Positions 24,312 to 27,476 of a stretch of DNA of 27,476 nucleotides are shown here, piece by piece; the stretch's first letter is position 1, and every line of letters begins with the position of its first letter. Source of the stretch: Bugula neritina (taxonomy: Eukaryota > Animalia > Bryozoa). Made by a program: the position numbers and the translations under genes. Under the pieces are notes generated by a model. The model did no database searches and was not told the DNA's origin. It worked only from the letters and a program-made list of their open reading frames with translations. The stretch covers positions 1-27,476 of the forward strand of contig CAXIUT010000088.1 in assembly GCA_964035545.1 (NCBI GenBank), read 5' to 3'.

Positions 24312-24813
24312 TCATTCAAGGTTCACTATCTATAGTTAAGCTTGAGGGCACTTTGCAACTTGATGACTAGATTCCTCTCCACTAACATTTTCAACTTCCT
24401 CTTTTTCCTCAACCATCATCTCCTGCTGAGCCACTTCTGTTTCCTTTTCTGCACTTCTGCTTTGGTGTTCAACATATTTCTGTCCATCGACAGTTTGTGT
24501 TTCCCAGATAATTCTGAACACTTTATCCGCATCTTCAGGAGTAATAGATGGTCTCATTTTTCTACCTTTAAGTCTAATTTCAATGAATTTTTCTTTCTTC
24601 TTTCTGTCAGTATCAAGAGGGAACCAATTATTGAGATATCTGGTCGACACTCCCCATTTATGATTAACTCCTTCAGCACTGATCAAAGAGCAAGTTTCAA
24701 TTTAACTGAAAAGAATAGTTTTTAGAAGTAGCTAAAGGGAAATAGTACTTGTTAATAAGGATAAGGTCTTTATAGACGACAACCTGGCTATCTTGGTAAA
24801 GAATTTCTGACAT
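24312..24813 (-). CDS. Conserved-looking small protein (possibly PH-like beta domain, YYFP...WG...WFPLD..R) with an acidic tail; apparent +1 frameshift at 24719-24723
   Basis: MSEILYQDSQVVVYKDLILINKYYFPLATSK / TILFS[E]IETCSLISAEGVNHKWGVSTRYLNNWFPLDTDRKKKEKFIEIRLKGRKMRPSITPED. The ATG-to-TGA span is 502 nt (3n+1). Confidence 0.6.
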
Positions 24814-24925
24814 TTAAAAATCGAATATTAACCCAACTGCCAAAAAGAATATTTATGACTTTAAAATATTATTGAAGAATAAAAGTTTCATATTTTCATA
24901 AAAATTCAAATAATAATTGTAAAAT

Positions 24926-25848
24926 ATGGTAGTCATCATCTATAAAAAAAGTTAAAAAAATAACTTTGCACTAGAATGTTCAAGTGAAACTAAAGTATCA
25001 ACCATCCTCAACATACTCATCTAATGTACCTGTTACTTACTCAGATAATAACCTCAGAGTTTATCTCGATAGACTTATATGGAGTGTAGAATAGCTAGCC
25101 AATAAAGGAGTACTCAAACCAGCAGAATTACAAAACGTTTCCTGGTAAGACTTTGAAAGCATTAAAAAGAATTCCAGCATCTGCCTTAATAATTTCTTCA
25201 ATATGGAAGAAAGCCCATTGTATAACCTCCATACAGATTTGTTGTAGATAAGCATCACCAAAGATATGGAGTAGTTGTGGCTGAAGAATAAAGATAAGGA
25301 ATGCTAAATGCAGTCAAAGAAGCTAGAAAGTTGTTTTAATTTAAAGGACAAATTATGGATAAAGATCTCTTTGTTGAAGCCATCTAAAAACTCAGAGAAG
25401 CTGTGATGATAGCATACCCAGGTTATATTGATCTTCCAGAGTGGGAACCATCACTCCTCATGTTCGAAGAAAAAATTGAACTTGAGATACTCTAAACTTA
25501 AAATTTTTAAGTTTTTGATGAAAGGCCACTATCTGGTGGGCTGGAAAACAGCTTTAAGCAGACAAGCAGATTGGCTAGTACATAGGAAAAAATTAGAAAA
25601 CAAAAGCTATTGTAAAAGTTCAGAAATGGGGAGGTCAGCAGCCTCTCCGTTAACCTCCAATCGACGCTTAAACCTACAACAAAATGGTGAAATACTACTA
25701 CAAAAAGGTATAATAGACCAAATAGTTATAAAAGAAAAGCGTATAGACTCATTACTAGAAAGTCTAAACCCGAAACATGAAGGCCCAACTGCACATGCAG
25801 GAAGACATCCGTTATAACCATTTTGATCGCAATAGTCAATAAACTTGA
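24926..25848 (+). CDS. CFAP298: Cilia- and flagella-associated protein 298 (C21orf59/FBB18 family); 19-nt intron at 25026-25044; two apparent 1-nt deletions (about 25166 and 25522)
   Basis: VE[E]LANKG, LREAVMIAYP, ATIWWAGKQL, YIGKN[E]KTKAIVKVQ, R[E]PPIDA[E], MVKYYYKK and MKAQLH match CFAP298 motifs as recalled. Confidence 0.88.
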
Positions 25849-25886
25849 TAATATATTTTAACATAGTTGAGTTATATTATCGATAA

Positions 25887-27325
25887 ATGAATCTCCACGA
25901 CAAAAGACTACTCATAGCCCACTTCGGACTTACTATTGGCTGTCTACTTTTGGCTATCGGACTGCTTGTCTTTAAAATAATCAAAGATCTTCTCGGAATA
26001 AATCAAGACTATATTGATCCTGGATGTACTTAGATATATTTCAATAGCAAATTCGGATATACTTATCTTTCTCTTATCGTTTAGTTCATTGCAGTCAGTG
26101 TAGCTATCGTATGCTCTTTAATTTTATTTATTGCTTTTTTGGCTCCAATCAAAAAGAATTGTGGAGTAGAAGAATCCATAAATATCAATATAAACGAATA
26201 ATTATTGTATATTTTTACAGGAATTGCTTGTTTAGCTTGGATCATACTTGGTGGAAAAGCTATAGAATACTATTTTGAGGGAGACAAATGCAGCAATTTA
26301 AGTAACTATACTACTGATCTAATTAACTATATCAGTATAGGAGGAGTAGTTCTCCAATTAACACAAATGATTCTCCTTCTTATTCTTATTTACCAACGAG
26401 ATCCTCTGTTAGAAATGGTTAACCTCAATGAATTGAAGTAAAAACAGCAAATTTAGGAACAATAAATCCATAAGATGACATCAGAATATGCGAAAGATTA
26501 TGTTGAGTATATATCACAGCAAAAATAAAATACTAAACAAGGGCTACTGGCATATTAAAGTTAAATTTATAAGGAACTGGGATTGCTTCAATGGTTAAAC
26601 ATTAAAACAGAAAATAAAATCAAGAAGAATCATCTTATGAATATTAATCAGTAGAGGAATAATTACATAAAGAAAGTAAAAATAAAGTAGGAAAAATGCC
26701 TTTTTAAACACCTCTAAGACAAAGAAAAGATTCAAATATTTCTTTAGATGATTAGTTTAATAGCTAAAGAAATCAACTGATAAAATCACCACAAAAGATA
26801 ACATAAAATGGATAAAAACCATAAAAAAAGAAAGAATTAAAAGTAGCAAAAAATGTTTTTGAAGACACTTACTCACATGAAATAGAAGACAGCTGGAGAG
26901 AACATGAAATGCTTGAAAAGATGAGCACTGGCTCAAACAAAGATAAATAACCTCTAAGTGAATAGATAGCTAAACTTCTAAAGATAACTTTATTCAATAA
27001 TTCATCATTTTTTAAAACAAGCAAAAAAGTGACGTACAGGAATAGTGTCCAATTCTTAAATATCTGGATAGAGACTAAAAATATTAGATAAATCAAAATG
27101 ACTATAAATTCAAAGGAAACAACAAAAAACAAAATTATGAGAAAGAACAACTTATATTCAGCAAGAAAAGAAAAGATACAAAAGTTAAAGTAAAAAATTA
27201 GTTTGACTAGAATGAAATAATAAAGAAAGAAAGGTTGTCAAGATTTGGATAGGAATGGGTAAAATAAAGATAAAAATAATAAAAGTAACTCTAAAAAGAT
27301 CTAAGTTCAAGATATAAAAAGATGA
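25887..27325 (+). CDS. Hypothetical membrane protein: about four TM helices then a long hydrophilic tail; frame change near 26510-26560
   Basis: Four hydrophobic segments lie between 25910 and 26390. The first frame ends at TGA 26778-26780; a second, natural-looking frame runs to TGA 27323-27325. Confidence 0.6.
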
Positions 27326-27389
27326 ATGGACTTTAAGCTATTCGAAGCAAATACTATATCTGATTTATAAACATAATATCTATAAAGAT

Positions 27390-27476
27390 GGGGGTTGGGG
27401 TTGGGGTTGGGGTTGGGGTTGGGGTTGGGGTTGGGGTTGGGGTTGGGGTTGGGGTTGGGGTTGGGGTTGGGGTTGG
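27390..27476 (+). repeat. Right telomere, (TTGGGG)n
   Basis: Perfect GGGGTT array to the last base; reverse complement of the left array. Confidence 0.99.

Noticed and set aside
160-27325. Standard ciliate code (UAR=Gln, table 6) or split code (UAA=Lys, UAG=Glu)
   Set aside because: Both codons map to invariant Glu positions in several unrelated proteins, and Gln tracts avoid UAR. One TAG at a usually-Gln site (V[TAG]MVG in the 5-phosphatase) is outweighed.
160-27325. Pseudogene field, suggested by abundant in-frame stops
   Set aside because: The interruptions are TAA/TAG at Glu-compatible positions, catalytic motifs are largely intact, and genes end in TGA.
1-27476. Linear virus, plasmid, transposon, CRISPR array, rRNA or tRNA genes
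   Set aside because: No polymerase, capsid, transposase, repeat-spacer or structural-RNA signature was seen. The content is intron-containing eukaryotic cellular genes.

Overview
This window is a complete, telomere-to-telomere ciliate macronuclear minichromosome of 27.5 kb, with (CCCCAA)n at the left end and (TTGGGG)n at the right. It is densely packed with about 16 protein-coding genes. The standard-code ORF track is misleading. In-frame TAA and TAG repeatedly fall at invariant glutamate positions (kinase APE and YEFC, SAC FVETEQ and FWEQ, Tudor-SN REF, CFAP298 GKNEKTK and REP), while Gln-rich tracts use only CAA/CAG. So UAA/UAG = Glu and UGA = stop (peritrich-type code, NCBI table 30). Genes re-read by hand in that code ([E] marks TAA/TAG): a synaptojanin-like SAC+5-phosphatase with an apparently dead SAC site, a TXR1/ATXR5/6 H3K27 monomethyltransferase, an eIF4G-like MIF4G protein, Tudor-SN, a Myb/SANT protein, a secreted Cys-rich protein, a 1559-aa coiled-coil protein, a ULK/Atg1-like kinase, CFAP298 and several hypotheticals. 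Introns are tiny, mostly exactly 20 nt, with an A six nt from the 3' end in all twelve 20-mers. Other signals: a saw-tooth C/G strand skew that resets between genes, an E2F-consensus site before TXR1, and several 1-nt frameshifts at homopolymers that are probably read errors. All gene models are manual and unverified by database search.
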